A stretch of 64,000 bases of DNA, taken from IMG/VR virus record IMGVR_UViG_3300021255_000128, positions 1 to 64,000 of that record; one strand, 5' to 3'. This document shows, piece by piece, positions 19,703 to 28,625 of the stretch. Numbering within the stretch: position 1 is the first letter of the stretch; every line of letters starts with the position of its first letter. Below the pieces are notes generated by a model, which was given only the letters and a program-made list of their open reading frames with translations, searched no databases and was not told the DNA's origin. The translations under genes were made by a program, and so were the position numbers. Source of the DNA: a virus (Duplodnaviria; Heunggongvirae; Uroviricota; Caudoviricetes).

Positions 19703-19790
19703 AATTTTTTACACGAGTTCGAGTCTCGTATTGTTCACCATTTTTTCGAACGATTCGCCTAGTGGTTTTGGCAAAATTATAAGTGTCTTT
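19703..19790 (+). ncRNA. candidate permuted/split tRNA: 3' half (anticodon 3' strand, T arm, acceptor 3' strand, CCA) upstream of 5' half (acceptor 5' strand, D arm, anticodon 5' strand)
   Basis: 3' half: AATTT, ACGAG-TTCGAGT-CTCGT, ATTGTTC-A-CCA (19703-19740). After TTTTTT, the 5' half: GAACGAT-TC-GCC-TAGTGGTTTT-GGC-A-AAATT (19748-19778). The acceptor strands pair 7/7 (one G-U) and AAATT/AATTT pair 5/5. Confidence 0.4.
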
Positions 19791-19919
19791 TTATTTTTGA
19801 TTTAAGCCCTACTATTCCCTGGTTAATGTAAAAGATTATTCTTCACAAGCGCGCAGTCTAAGATTAATCATTTTAATCAAAGTAGTAGGTAGAAATATAA
19901 TATGTCACATACAATACTA

Positions 19920-19992
19920 ACTGTTTTAGCTCATTAGGTAGAGCGTCCGACTTATAATCAGAATGCAGTTGGTTCGATTCCAACAAACACTT
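19920..19992 (+). tRNA. tRNA-like, anticodon TAT (Ile-AUA type), imperfect
   Basis: D GCTC/GAGC and T GTTGG-TTCGATT-CCAAC are good. There is one C-C mismatch in the acceptor stem and one C-A in the anticodon stem. Loop is CTTATAA. Confidence 0.4.
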
Positions 19993-20318
19993 ATTTTGTG
20001 ACATAGACTTATAAAGGAGGGTGAGGGAGTGGCAAATCCCATCTATTGTAATGGGTCAGAAGTTGATCGCGGGTGACCGAATAATAAAGGATTAACGCCA
20101 TTGAACGATAGGAAAGTAGGTATGTAGCTACGATATAAAATGAATCCTACACTCACGGACTTCCGGGTTTCTTAAAGTCTTTCCTCCGGCTGATGAAATA
20201 AGACTTTTTAAGACCTTTCTTCCATTTTATATAAAATGTAACTTACAACTGTAAAACGTTCGCTGAATCGTATATCAGCTCCATGAAATTAGTATTACTT
20301 TTAAGTTACATTTAAAAT

Positions 20319-20390
20319 TGAGGCGTCATATAAAGGTTAATATACAGGATTTTGGTTCCTGGAATGTTGGTTCGATTCCAGCCGCCTCAA
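20319..20390 (+). tRNA. tRNA-Gln (anticodon TTG)
   Basis: Acceptor TGAGGCG/CGCCTCA, D ATAT/ATAT, anticodon stem CAGGA/TCCTG with loop TTTTGGT, T GTTGG-TTCGATT-CCAGC. Confidence 0.7.
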
Positions 20391-20398
20391 CTAAACAT

Positions 20399-20577
20399 AG
20401 CGGGATGATAGCAGTGGTAGCTAGACAGTCTCAATACAGTTTAACTCACTGTAACGAGTTAGTCTAATAGGTGCAAGTAGTGGACACCGGTGAATGGGTA
20501 ATTTGCCGAGCGTAGGTGCAAGTCCTACATTAGACTCTAAGCTGTAGGTCCCTGGTTCGATCCCAGGTCCCGCTACC
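20399..20577 (+). ncRNA. tRNA-like gene with ~100-nt central insertion and encoded CCA
   Basis: Acceptor AGCGGGA/TCCCGCT-A-CCA, D arm TAGC-AGTGGTA-GCTA, T arm CCTGG-TTCGATC-CCAGG. The middle contains ACAGT[18 nt]ACTGT and a long helix AGTCTAATAGG/CCTACATTAGACT. Confidence 0.4.
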
Positions 20578-20791
20578 ATTATGATACTTATAATACTATA
20601 TTAAAACAATAATCTTTTAAATTATGTAGTTGAAACAAGTATCATTGAAACTTAATATTTTAATGTGAAACAAAGTATCTAAAGACGTTTAGAGAAACGA
20701 AGTAACCGGGTTTGGCTACAACCACACTGGAAGAAACCAAAAAGCACAGTGTTTAAAGAGGTACCTGGGAACAGAAACCCTCTTTATTTAT

Positions 20792-20865
20792 GGGCCAGTA
20801 GCTCCAATTGGTAGAGCGCTAGATTTGCATTCTAGTTGTTGTGGGTTCGAATCCCATCCGGTCCA
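20792..20865 (+). tRNA. tRNA-Ala (anticodon TGC)
   Basis: G3-U70 pair present. Anticodon stem CTAGA/TCTAG with loop TTTGCAT. T GTGGG-TTCGAAT-CCCAT. Confidence 0.75.
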
Positions 20866-20869
20866 CAAT

Positions 20870-20943
20870 GGAGGTATGGTTTGAATGGTTACAATGCCGG
20901 CTTGTCACGCCGTGCGGTACGGGTTCGAATCCCGTTATCTCCG
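20870..20943 (+). tRNA. tRNA-Asp (anticodon GTC)
   Basis: Acceptor GGAGGTA/TATCTCC. Anticodon loop TTGTCAC. T ACGGG-TTCGAAT-CCCGT. Confidence 0.7.
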
Positions 20944-20950
20944 CTGGAAA

Positions 20951-21025
20951 GCGTTCATGGCGCAATTGGTTTAGCGCAACAGATTTTTAATCTGTGGGTT
21001 TCGGGTTCAAGTCCCGATGAACGCA
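20951..21025 (+). tRNA. tRNA-Lys (anticodon TTT)
   Basis: Acceptor GCGTTCA/TGAACGC, D GCGC-AATTGGTTTA-GCGC, anticodon stem ACAGA/TCTGT with loop TTTTTAA, T TCGGG-TTCAAGT-CCCGA. Confidence 0.85.
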
Positions 21026-21049
21026 CTATTTAATAAATAATAAAACAAA

Positions 21050-21535
21050 ATGAAGAATTTTTCTATTAAAATTGGTTCTCGCGAACACTGGATTAGCCGT
21101 TCTATGGCAGTTGTTGGATTTATAATCTGTGTTACTCGTAATACGATTTATGTTCTTGCAAATAAACGTGGTAATGGTGCACCTGATTATCAAGGTTTAT
21201 GGAATTGTCCTTGTGGATACCTTGATTATAACGAAACCTTAAAAGAAGGATGTGCACGAGAAATATACGAGGAAACTAACTTTAAAATTGATCCAGAACT
21301 ATTAAATCTTTGGAGTATTAATGATGATCCAAAAGATAGTTCTCGTCAAAATGTTACTTTTAGGTTTTTTGCTAAAGTTAATGATTCTGCATTAATTCAA
21401 CATATTTATGCTAAAGGACAAGAACAAGATGAAGTAGCAGATTGTATGTGGATCAATGTAAATGATATTGATAAGTATGAATGGGCATTTAATCATAAAC
21501 AACTTATCAAAGATTTACTATGTTATTTTAAATAA
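21050..21535 (+). CDS. NUDIX hydrolase
   Basis: Nudix box GYLDYNETLKEGCAREIYEETN (G.5E.7REUxEExGU pattern). Confidence 0.75.
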   Translation: MKNFSIKIGSREHWISRSMAVVGFIICVTRNTIYVLANKRGNGAPDYQGLWNCPCGYLDYNETLKEGCAREIYEETNFKIDPELLNLWSINDDPKDSSRQNVTFRFFAKVNDSALIQHIYAKGQEQDEVADCMWINVNDIDKYEWAFNHKQLIKDLLCYFK

Positions 21536-21542
21536 AAGTATA

Positions 21543-21749
21543 ATGATTACAATAATTATAATAATATTACTTGCAGTAATTGCCTGTATCGTAACATATA
21601 AAGAGGGTGAACTTCATGAACTTCATAAAACAAGAGCTGCTTTCGAGCATTATCTTGAAGCGCATGAATCCCTTAAAGAAGTTCTTGGTCCCGGTATAGA
21701 AGCTGCAAAAAATCTTGTCGATCAACTGGAAGAAGACGATAAAATATAA
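21543..21749 (+). CDS. small membrane protein
   Basis: Hydrophobic N-terminus. Start refined from track ORF 21462..21749. Confidence 0.4.
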   Translation: MITIIIIILLAVIACIVTYKEGELHELHKTRAAFEHYLEAHESLKEVLGPGIEAAKNLVDQLEEDDKI

Positions 21750-22335
21750 TATCTTTGGGCCTGACTAGAATTGAACGATATGAGATTGATAGAATAACAT
21801 GTACGAGCTGAACAACTCGTTTATCAACTATTCAAACAAATAAATTCCAAAAATCTTATTTCCGAAATTCGTAACAAGGTTATGGATTTCTGCAATAGTA
21901 TTGTAAATTTCTTTGCTCCTGAAGCAAGTTTTGCAATAGCTATCGCCTAGTTTCTTAATTCTATAAAAATTAAGTGGTGGAGATGGGGTGTCAAACTCCG
22001 TTAAATAATGCTGGGAACTCGCTAAACTGCTACCAGGGAAGATGAATGATGAGAATAGCCTTTTTTGCTGAGTATATTTATACTATCGTTTTACAAGGAA
22101 TGTTAAAACCAGCTAAACATGTAAATAATTATTCTATTGATACGTAGACGTGACTGAAGTGCGAATCTTCACAGGTCCACTATATTGGGATGTCGTATAA
22201 AGGTAATTACGATTGGCTGTTAACCAATTTATCACAGTTCAAGTCTGTGCGTCCCAGCAAATATGGAGGTATAGCAAAGATGGTCTATGCGGTGGACTGA
22301 AAATAAAAAGATTTTATTTATCGATTAATTAAAAA
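21750..22335 (+). ncRNA. possible group-I-like structured RNA upstream of an HNH gene
   Basis: GTCCAC / GTGGAC potential P7 (ACAGGTCCACTATA ... AAGATGGTCTATGCGGTGGAC). Weak. Confidence 0.25.
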
Positions 22336-22338
22336 ATT

Positions 22339-22809
22339 ATGCCAAACGCTTATTATAAATTAAAAACTAAAGAAGAACTTCAAGATTTGCTTGACAAATG
22401 TAATACACTTGCAGAATTTATGCGGGAATTAGGTTATTCTGGAAATAGAGGAAATTCAATTAATGGTTTAAAATTGTACTTAGACAAATTGGGTTTGGAT
22501 TATTCAAAATACTCTGTTCATAGTATTTATGCACATGAACATCCCAAATGAAAACTTGAAGACCTATTAACAGAAAACTGTTCTTATTCAAATCATACTA
22601 GATTAAAGGAACGACTTATTAAAGCAAATCTTTTGGAAACAAAATGTGCGATTTGTGGTATTAGTGAGTGATTAGGACAACCATTAGTTTTACAATTAGA
22701 TCATATTAATGGTAATAATAGAGATAATCGAATAGAAAATTTAAGATTACTTTGTCCTAATTGTCATTCTCAGACTGAAACATTTTGTCATAAAAATAGA
22801 AATATTTAA
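22339..22809 (+). CDS. HNH homing endonuclease with in-frame TGA codons
   Basis: Track ORF 22339..22551 ends in TGA and the frame continues to TAA at 22807. CAICGISE(W)LGQP...LDHINGNNRDNRIENLRLLCPNCH. N-terminal domain resembles that of the 9840 gene. Confidence 0.7.
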
Positions 22810-22859
22810 TTTATAATAATATATGATTCACTGCCTCCACAATTTTTAATATTTAAAAT

Positions 22860-23192
22860 ATGACTCTAAAATTATATAAGAAACTTACAAGATGGTACTT
22901 TAAATATCATAATGTTGAGTATTTTATCAATATGCCAAATACATTAAATACTTTAGAAGAAATAATGAATAAGACTAAAGTATTATATGTTAAACTTAAT
23001 TTTAATGATTCGTTTTGTGAGAATATTATAGGATTACACAAATGGGACGATTTATATTATACAAATTATCCTTTACATTTACTAATATTAATGTTTAATA
23101 AAGGATGTGAAGACGAACGTTTTTATGTTCCTTATGATTTAAGAGATTTACTTTCAAAATGTAATAGTATAATAATAGAAGCTGTTCATTAA
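22860..23192 (+). CDS. hypothetical protein
   Basis: 110-aa ORF. Confidence 0.4.
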   Translation: MTLKLYKKLTRWYFKYHNVEYFINMPNTLNTLEEIMNKTKVLYVKLNFNDSFCENIIGLHKWDDLYYTNYPLHLLILMFNKGCEDERFYVPYDLRDLLSKCNSIIIEAVH

Positions 23193-23286
23193 AGCTTAAA
23201 GTTATCTATATTTTACCTATATAGAGACAGTATGACATAGAGGTAAACATGTGATCATACAAGGCCCGTTAGCTTTGCGGGTGTGA

Positions 23287-23359
23287 GGATTCTTAGCTCA
23301 GTTGGTAGAGCACTTGACTGAAGATCAAGGTGTGCGTAGTTCGATTCTGCGAGAATCCG
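23287..23359 (+). tRNA. tRNA-Phe (anticodon GAA)
   Basis: Acceptor GGATTCT/AGAATCC, D GCTC-AGTTGGTA-GAGC, anticodon stem CTTGA/TCAAG with loop CTGAAGA. Confidence 0.85.
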
Positions 23360-23375
23360 CAAAAATTAGAAGATT

Positions 23376-23467
23376 GGGAATGTAACGGCGCAGGTCTGTA
23401 AAATCTGTCCTTTATAATCTGCCGTATTGGTTTAAGGTAAAGCGGTTCGAATCCACTCATTCCCACA
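23376..23467 (+). ncRNA. atypical tRNA-like element with Tyr-type anticodon hairpin (loop CTGTAAA) but no normal D arm
   Basis: Acceptor GGGAATG/CATTCCC-A, T AGCGG-TTCGAAT-CCACT (one mismatch), hairpin CAGGT-CTGTAAA-ATCTG directly after pos 9. An extra ~33 nt precedes the T arm. Confidence 0.35.
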
Positions 23468-23487
23468 AACAATTAAATTATTTATGA

Positions 23488-23889
23488 ATGACTAATAAGC
23501 AACTAGGAAGAATTGGATTAAGTATGGCCATAAACTATTTTACAATTGCCGGTTATACTGTTTCTTTACCAATTAATGATACGCAATGATATGATTTAAT
23601 TATAGAAAAAGATGGAGTTATCGAAACAGTTCAATGTAAATGTACAGATACTGATGAGGGAAGTATTGATTTAAGAAGTAAAGGAGGAACAAATGGAGGT
23701 GTTTATGACAATGTTATAGAACATGAACAATTAAATTGATTATTTTGTGTTGATAAAAATAGAAAATGCTTTTTAATTCCGGTTAAAGATTTAATTGGTA
23801 ATAATGTCCACCATTCCATTCGTTTAAGATATGAAAAAACTGTAAACGGACAGGGTTTTCAAACATTTCCTTATTTATTAAATATTTAA
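23488..23889 (+). CDS. putative PD-(D/E)XK-type endonuclease with two in-frame TGA codons
   Basis: WYDLIIEKDG...ETVQCK reads as a D-E-K motif. Sits between tRNA-like elements. Trp fits at both TGA positions. Confidence 0.45.
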
Positions 23890-23907
23890 TAAATCCTCAA
23901 CAGGACT

Positions 23908-23932
23908 GGGAGTTCGATTCTCTCTCTTCCCA
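23908..23932 (+). other. orphan tRNA 3' fragment (T arm plus acceptor strand)
   Basis: GGGAG-TTCGATT-CTCTC-TCTTCCC-A directly after the endonuclease ORF. No matching 5' half was found. Confidence 0.35.
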
Positions 23933-23941
23933 CAGATAATT

Positions 23942-24028
23942 GGAGAGTTGGCCGAGTGGTTGATGGCACCAGTCTTGAAAACTGGCTTACTCTTAGGGGT
24001 AACGGGGGTTCAAATCCCTCACTCTCCG
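23942..24028 (+). tRNA. tRNA-Ser (anticodon TGA), type II
   Basis: Acceptor GGAGAGT/ACTCTCC-G, D GCC-GAGTGGTTGAT-GGC, anticodon stem CCAGT/ACTGG with loop CTTGAAA, long variable arm, T GGGGG-TTCAAAT-CCCTC. Confidence 0.85.
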
Positions 24029-24047
24029 CAAAAATAATTTAATATGT

Positions 24048-24314
24048 ATGAAAGGAATAGATTTAATTAGAGAAGAGAGAGAAAAACAAATTGTTAAACA
24101 CAATTATGATAGAAATCATGACAACTCTCACAGAAATAAAGAACTTTTATTTGGGGCTCTTGCCTATTTAAAATCTTCAATTTATGGTACTGAAGTAGGC
24201 CGTAAAGATTGGCCTTTTGAAAATAAATATTGGCATCCTGAAGGATACATTGACTGCTTGAAAAAAGCAGGTGCATTTATTGCTGCTGAATTAGATAGAT
24301 TAGATTGTAATTAA
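24048..24314 (+). CDS. hypothetical protein
   Basis: 88-aa ORF. Confidence 0.4.
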   Translation: MKGIDLIREEREKQIVKHNYDRNHDNSHRNKELLFGALAYLKSSIYGTEVGRKDWPFENKYWHPEGYIDCLKKAGAFIAAELDRLDCN

Positions 24315-24315
24315 T

Positions 24316-25431
24316 ATGAAACAACCTACAAGAACTTTACCACAAACTGTAAAGTTATTTCCTAAATCTTGGTCAGAAGTTCTTCATGACAATATTCCTG
24401 ATAATTTTTATAATTTATCTTGGGAACAAAAATATAAAAATTGTAAATCATATAATAGTACATATTATTGTTCCAATAAAGATGGTAGAATTTTCTTTGG
24501 ATTGCGAACAAAAACAATATGTAGAGCTGGAACCAAATTTTATCCAAAAATTGATTGGGCCGATACCATTGTAATAGATGGAAGGAAAATATCGATTCAC
24601 AAATTAACTTTTGCTGGAATATCTAAGTTTGTATCTATTATTGGAATAAATTTAGAATTTGCTCACAATCTTCCTGTAAATTTAAGAAGGTACTTATTCA
24701 AAGAATGTGTTATTGCAGACATTCTTCGTAAAAAAGTCTATAATGAAGAAACTTTATGTAAATGTGTTCTTTCCAAAATATATCATTTAAAGGGATTTGA
24801 TTGGAAACTATTTTTCCATTATAACAACTGTATAAATTATTTATCAATTCCTGATCTTCAAGCGTTTACAAAAGATTTAGCAAAAAGTATAAGTGTTCTA
24901 GTTCATGAAGGGGAATATTATAATCCAGCTTACAGAGATTTATTGGATTGTGCTGTTCAATTAAATGAAATTGTAGATTTTACTTGGTCTCAAAAGAGAA
25001 TTAAAGAAGAACATCAACGGCAAATCAACGAGTTAAATCGTAAAGAAATTGAAGCAAAAGAACAAGTTCCTGTATTTGATGTATGTTTAGATGAACCACA
25101 TATTCATATGTTAAATACGGAAAAAGAAGTATTTCTTGAAGGAACTAATATGCACCATTGTCTATATAAGTGTTATTGGAATCGAATCAAATCTAAAGAT
25201 TATATAGCTTTCCATATGTCTGTTCCGCAAGATTGTACATTTAGTTTTAAAGTACTTAATAATAAAGTTGTATTAGATCAAGCATTTCTTGCCTACGATA
25301 GACAAATTTCAGACATAACTAAAGCAGCAATTGTAGATTTCCAGAACAGAAATGAAGCAGATTTATACAAATTACTTACTGGAGAATACAAAGCTTGTTG
25401 GCCACCTGAAGAAATAGATTTACCTTACTGA
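24316..25431 (+). CDS. hypothetical protein
   Basis: 371-aa ORF. Ends in TGA, with TAA nine codons further on overlapping the next start. Confidence 0.5.
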   Translation: MKQPTRTLPQTVKLFPKSWSEVLHDNIPDNFYNLSWEQKYKNCKSYNSTYYCSNKDGRIFFGLRTKTICRAGTKFYPKIDWADTIVIDGRKISIHKLTFAGISKFVSIIGINLEFAHNLPVNLRRYLFKECVIADILRKKVYNEETLCKCVLSKIYHLKGFDWKLFFHYNNCINYLSIPDLQAFTKDLAKSISVLVHEGEYYNPAYRDLLDCAVQLNEIVDFTWSQKRIKEEHQRQINELNRKEIEAKEQVPVFDVCLDEPHIHMLNTEKEVFLEGTNMHHCLYKCYWNRIKSKDYIAFHMSVPQDCTFSFKVLNNKVVLDQAFLAYDRQISDITKAAIVDFQNRNEADLYKLLTGEYKACWPPEEIDLPY

Positions 25432-25447
25432 ACATTAGAAATTAACC

Positions 25448-25711
25448 ATGATTAATGCAGAACAAGCGCATCAAATGGCCCAGATGAGAAATCGTGATTT
25501 ATGGGTTAATGATGAAATAAACAAAATATTTAAATTAATTGAAGAATCTGCCAAAAAAGGTTTACATGAATGTAAAATTAATATAACTTTTAAAGGTGCA
25601 GAAGATCTTTACGAAGTATCTACTATGCTTTGCATGATTGCAAATGTATTAGAAGATAATGGGTTTGAGCATTATGTTACCTTGGAAGGTGAATTAGTCA
25701 TTCAATGGTAA
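25448..25711 (+). CDS. hypothetical protein
   Basis: 87-aa ORF. Confidence 0.45.
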   Translation: MINAEQAHQMAQMRNRDLWVNDEINKIFKLIEESAKKGLHECKINITFKGAEDLYEVSTMLCMIANVLEDNGFEHYVTLEGELVIQW

Positions 25712-25723
25712 TATAAACGGAAT

Positions 25724-25799
25724 AGGGTAGTGCGGTAGTTGGTCACCGGCCACATTTGGGATGTGGACATTCACGCAGGTTCGAGTCCTGTCTACCCTA
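25724..25799 (+). tRNA. tRNA-Pro (anticodon TGG)
   Basis: Acceptor AGGGTAG/CTACCCT, D CGGT/ACCG, anticodon stem CCACA/TGTGG with loop TTTGGGA, T GCAGG-TTCGAGT-CCTGT. Confidence 0.7.
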
Positions 25800-25937
25800 C
25801 AGTAAATGCACAATTTTTGGCGCTTTACCAGAGAAATCTAAGGTAGAAGACGTTTTAAACGGGTAGGCTAACCGTCCTGCGAGGGTCGAAATTGTATTAA
25901 ATTTAAAGTTAATGATACTTACAATGCTATAAAACAA

Positions 25938-26008
25938 TATAAATTCGTCTAGTGGTTGGACACAATTTTTGGGTAATTGCAACATAGGTTCGATTCCTAT
26001 ATTTATTA
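25938..26008 (+). tRNA. second tRNA-like with anticodon TGG; weak all-AT acceptor stem
   Basis: D GTC-TAGTGGTTG-GAC, anticodon stem CAATT/AATTG with loop TTTGGGT, T ATAGG-TTCGATT-CCTAT. Mismatch at acceptor pair 1-72. Confidence 0.35.
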
Positions 26009-26025
26009 GTTAAGTATCATATAAT

Positions 26026-26097
26026 AGAGCTATCATCTAATGGTTAGGATCCCACGCTGATAACGTGGACATTCTGGTTCAAATCCAGGTGGCTCTA
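26026..26097 (+). tRNA. tRNA-Ile (anticodon GAT)
   Basis: Acceptor AGAGCTA/TGGCTCT, anticodon stem CCACG/CGTGG with loop CTGATAA, T TCTGG-TTCAAAT-CCAGG. Confidence 0.7.
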
Positions 26098-26150
26098 CAA
26101 TTATAAAGCATATTCTGAAGAAAAAAACTCCATTTGTAATTTAAAATTAT

Positions 26151-26222
26151 GCCCCATTAGTATAAAGGTTATTATAAGTGATTTGTAATCTCTAGATGAT
26201 CGTTCGATTCGGTCATGGGGCT
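26151..26222 (+). tRNA. tRNA-Thr (anticodon TGT)
   Basis: Acceptor GCCCCAT/ATGGGGC perfect. Anticodon stem AGTGA/TCTCT (one U-U) with loop TTTGTAA. T GATCG-TTCGATT-CGGTC. Confidence 0.6.
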
Positions 26223-26411
26223 CAAAAAATTATGGTTTATATTAAACGAAATAAAGATAAAAGATTCAATGCCAAATGGATTGTTGTAAATAGTAAGCTT
26301 AAAAGTAGAGATTTAGTTGAAACTTTTGGTGATGCTATTCGATTCTTTCTTTGGCATTTAGGTGTTCCTGCAAGAATTATATTTAAAAAAATCTACTCTG
26401 CAACACAATAA
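26196..26411 (+). CDS. hypothetical small protein (overlaps the 3' end of tRNA-Thr; start uncertain)
   Basis: 71-aa ORF from the track. Confidence 0.3.
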   Translation: MIVRFGHGAQKIMVYIKRNKDKRFNAKWIVVNSKLKSRDLVETFGDAIRFFLWHLGVPARIIFKKIYSATQ

Positions 26412-26552
26412 TAAGCCCTAAGTACATGGGAACGAAGATAGGAAGGCCTCTTCAAGAATGCTTACTTTCCTCCAAATCGTAGGTTGGCACAGTTACGTCT
26501 CTGAGGTTATTCTAAAAGACGATTTTAATTTTAACTTTTAATTTTATTTATT

Positions 26553-27263
26553 ATGGCAAAATTAGACAAAATTGATTCAAACTTAATTAAAGAAATTATT
26601 AAAAGAAGTAAAAGTTGAGAAAACGTTTGTACTAACTTAGGATTATGTAATAATTCATACAATAATAAGTGACTAAAATCATTTGTAGAAAGAGAAAATT
26701 TAAATGTGTCTCATTTTATAAAAAGATTAACAAAACGTCAATATGAATTAAATCCTAAAGTGTGTAAGAATTGTGGTAAAATAATACCGTGAGAGCATAG
26801 AGAAAATGAATATTGTTCTAGTAGTTGCGCGGCACAAATTACAAACTTAGGTCAACGAAGAGTTCATTCTAATAGATTTTGTAAAAATTGTGGTAAAGAA
26901 TTACTTTCGTCACAAAAGAAATATTGTTCAATGGATTGTCAGCAAGAGTTTGAACAGAAAGAATATATTCAACGATGAAAAGATGGATTAGAAACTGGAT
27001 TATCTGGTAAGTACGGAATAAGTGAAAGACTTAGAAGATATTTCTTTGATAAATATAATTGTAAATGTCAAAACTGTGGATGAGGAGAAGAAAACCCCAT
27101 AACACATAAAATACCATTACAGTTACATCATATTGATGGAGATTGTACAAACAATAGAGAGGAAAATCTTAAATTACTTTGCCCCAATTGTCATGCATTA
27201 ACTGAAAATTTTGGTAGCTTAAATAAAAACGCTACTCGTATTGATAATAGAAAAAGGTATTAA
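26553..27263 (+). CDS. HNH homing endonuclease with 5 in-frame TGA codons
   Basis: Continuous frame if TGA is sense. Repeated CxxC zinc-finger pairs and C-terminal LQLHHIDGDCTNNREENLKLLCPNCH. Confidence 0.7.
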
Positions 27264-27270
27264 AAGTATT

Positions 27271-27348
27271 GCGGTATTAGTGTAGTTGCTGGTGCACGTC
27301 AGATTTCCAATCTGAAGGCTTGCGTGGGTTGGAATCCCACATACCGCT
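27271..27348 (+). tRNA. tRNA-Gly (anticodon TCC)
   Basis: Acceptor GCGGTAT/ATACCGC, D GTGT/GCAC, anticodon stem TCAGA/TCTGA with loop TTTCCAA, T GTGGG-TTGGAAT-CCCAC. Confidence 0.75.
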
Positions 27349-27424
27349 CAAAGTAGTAATTTTACTACAATCAATTTTGTCTTAAACAGCGTTGTCGTGA
27401 GATACCGCTGTTATTTTTATTTAT

Positions 27425-27513
27425 GTCGAGGTGTCCGAATGGTAAGGGCCAGGTCTGCAAAACCTAGGAGAGTAGTGAATACTTTGGAGGTTCGAATCCT
27501 CTTCTCGACTCCA
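27425..27513 (+). tRNA. type II (long variable arm) tRNA with anticodon GCA by my fold; isotype uncertain; CCA encoded
   Basis: Acceptor GTCGAGG/TCTCGAC-T-CCA, D TCC-GAATGGTAA-GGG, anticodon stem (C)AGGT/ACCT(A) with loop CTGCAAA, variable arm with AGTA/TACT stem, T GGAGG-TTCGAAT-CCTCT. Confidence 0.55.
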
Positions 27514-27541
27514 ACTACAGCACATTTAAATTAATTAATTT

Positions 27542-28564
27542 ATGAACAAGATTTTAGTTTACACTTCAAACCTCAAAAGTAAGCCTAAGAGTCTTACTGA
27601 TGTTATTAATTTCGCAAAAGAGAACGATAAGTTCCGTATTTGCAATGTTGGGCTTAATGCTCATCTTGGAAACGTTAAGCCTGGTGATAATATTATCACA
27701 GGTAAAGGCAATTCCATTTATGTAATTAAGGCTTTTGATCAGGAGATTGAGAATCTCTCTGGCGAAGATCGTAATTACATTGATAATCTTACTCGCAATT
27801 ATGATATCAAGAAGGTTGGTATCACGAGTGTTTCTGCCGTTATTAAGTACGGTGATTGGTGCAAATTTGCAAAACCGCTTCTCAATGAAGCAAATAATAA
27901 CAAAACAACGATGAATAATAATTCTATTAAGGGTTTCTCCGCCCGTCTTAAGGAGATGTTTATGCCTTCTGAGGCAAAGGATGTTCGTATTGCAACTGAT
28001 GGTAACATCTGTGTAGCTACTTCTAATGGTTATGTTGCCATTGGCGCTGATAATACTCTGGTTTCTTATCCTGAGGAGTTGACTCTGGATCTGCCCGTGT
28101 TTATCGTAAGTAAGCCTATTGATCAGCTTAAGGTTGGTGACGTTATTGCTCGTGACCGTAGCTATGCTAAGGTTAAGTCTATCGCTGATAACAAGATTGG
28201 TGTTATTAGTTATAGCGGTAACGGTTCTCAGGTTTATCCGATCAAGGACTTCCTTCTTGGCCAGTCTGTAGTACGTGTTGTTATATCCCTTGCCGGTTCT
28301 ATCAACGGTTCTATCAATCCTATGGTACTTCTTGCCCTGAGCCAGGATAAGAAGCAAGATTCTTTGCTCCCTCTTCTGCTTATGAGTCAGAATGGTGGTG
28401 CCCTTGGTGCTAACCCTATGCTTATGTATGCAATGATGGGAGATGGTGAGATGGATATGAAGAGTCTCTTCATGATGTCCGCTCTTTCTGGTGGTGCAAA
28501 TCCGTTTGCAAACCTCTTTGGTCAACCTGCTGCTCAGGTTGCAGAACCTGGTGCAAAGGCCTAA
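27542..28564 (+). CDS. hypothetical protein (higher GC, Met/Leu/Gly-rich low-complexity C-terminus)
   Basis: 340-aa ORF. Codon style like the other high-GC genes. Strong terminator follows. Confidence 0.6.
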   Translation: MNKILVYTSNLKSKPKSLTDVINFAKENDKFRICNVGLNAHLGNVKPGDNIITGKGNSIYVIKAFDQEIENLSGEDRNYIDNLTRNYDIKKVGITSVSAVIKYGDWCKFAKPLLNEANNNKTTMNNNSIKGFSARLKEMFMPSEAKDVRIATDGNICVATSNGYVAIGADNTLVSYPEELTLDLPVFIVSKPIDQLKVGDVIARDRSYAKVKSIADNKIGVISYSGNGSQVYPIKDFLLGQSVVRVVISLAGSINGSINPMVLLALSQDKKQDSLLPLLLMSQNGGALGANPMLMYAMMGDGEMDMKSLFMMSALSGGANPFANLFGQPAAQVAEPGAKA

Positions 28565-28576
28565 ATATAATACAAA

Positions 28577-28619
28577 TCCCCTGAGAGAAAGCTGTAGTTC
28601 TTTCAGGGGATTTTTTTTA
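28577..28619 (+). terminator. rho-independent terminator
   Basis: CCCCTGA ... TCAGGGG hairpin followed by T9. Confidence 0.7.
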
Positions 28620-28625
28620 TTTATT

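Noticed and set aside
20836-21033. 65-aa ORF
   Set aside because: It lies entirely over the tRNA-Ala, tRNA-Asp and tRNA-Lys genes.
25808-25896. Possible tRNA (7-bp stem ACAATTT/AAATTGT enclosing ~70 nt)
   Set aside because: No T-arm or anticodon-arm fold could be built. It is probably just a long hairpin.
26440-26552. Trp-tRNA-like CTCCAAA loop in the intergenic region
   Set aside because: No flanking stems or T arm. Chance match.
27566-28525. 319-aa minus-strand ORF
   Set aside because: Antisense to the high-GC gene 27542..28564. Typical shadow ORF.
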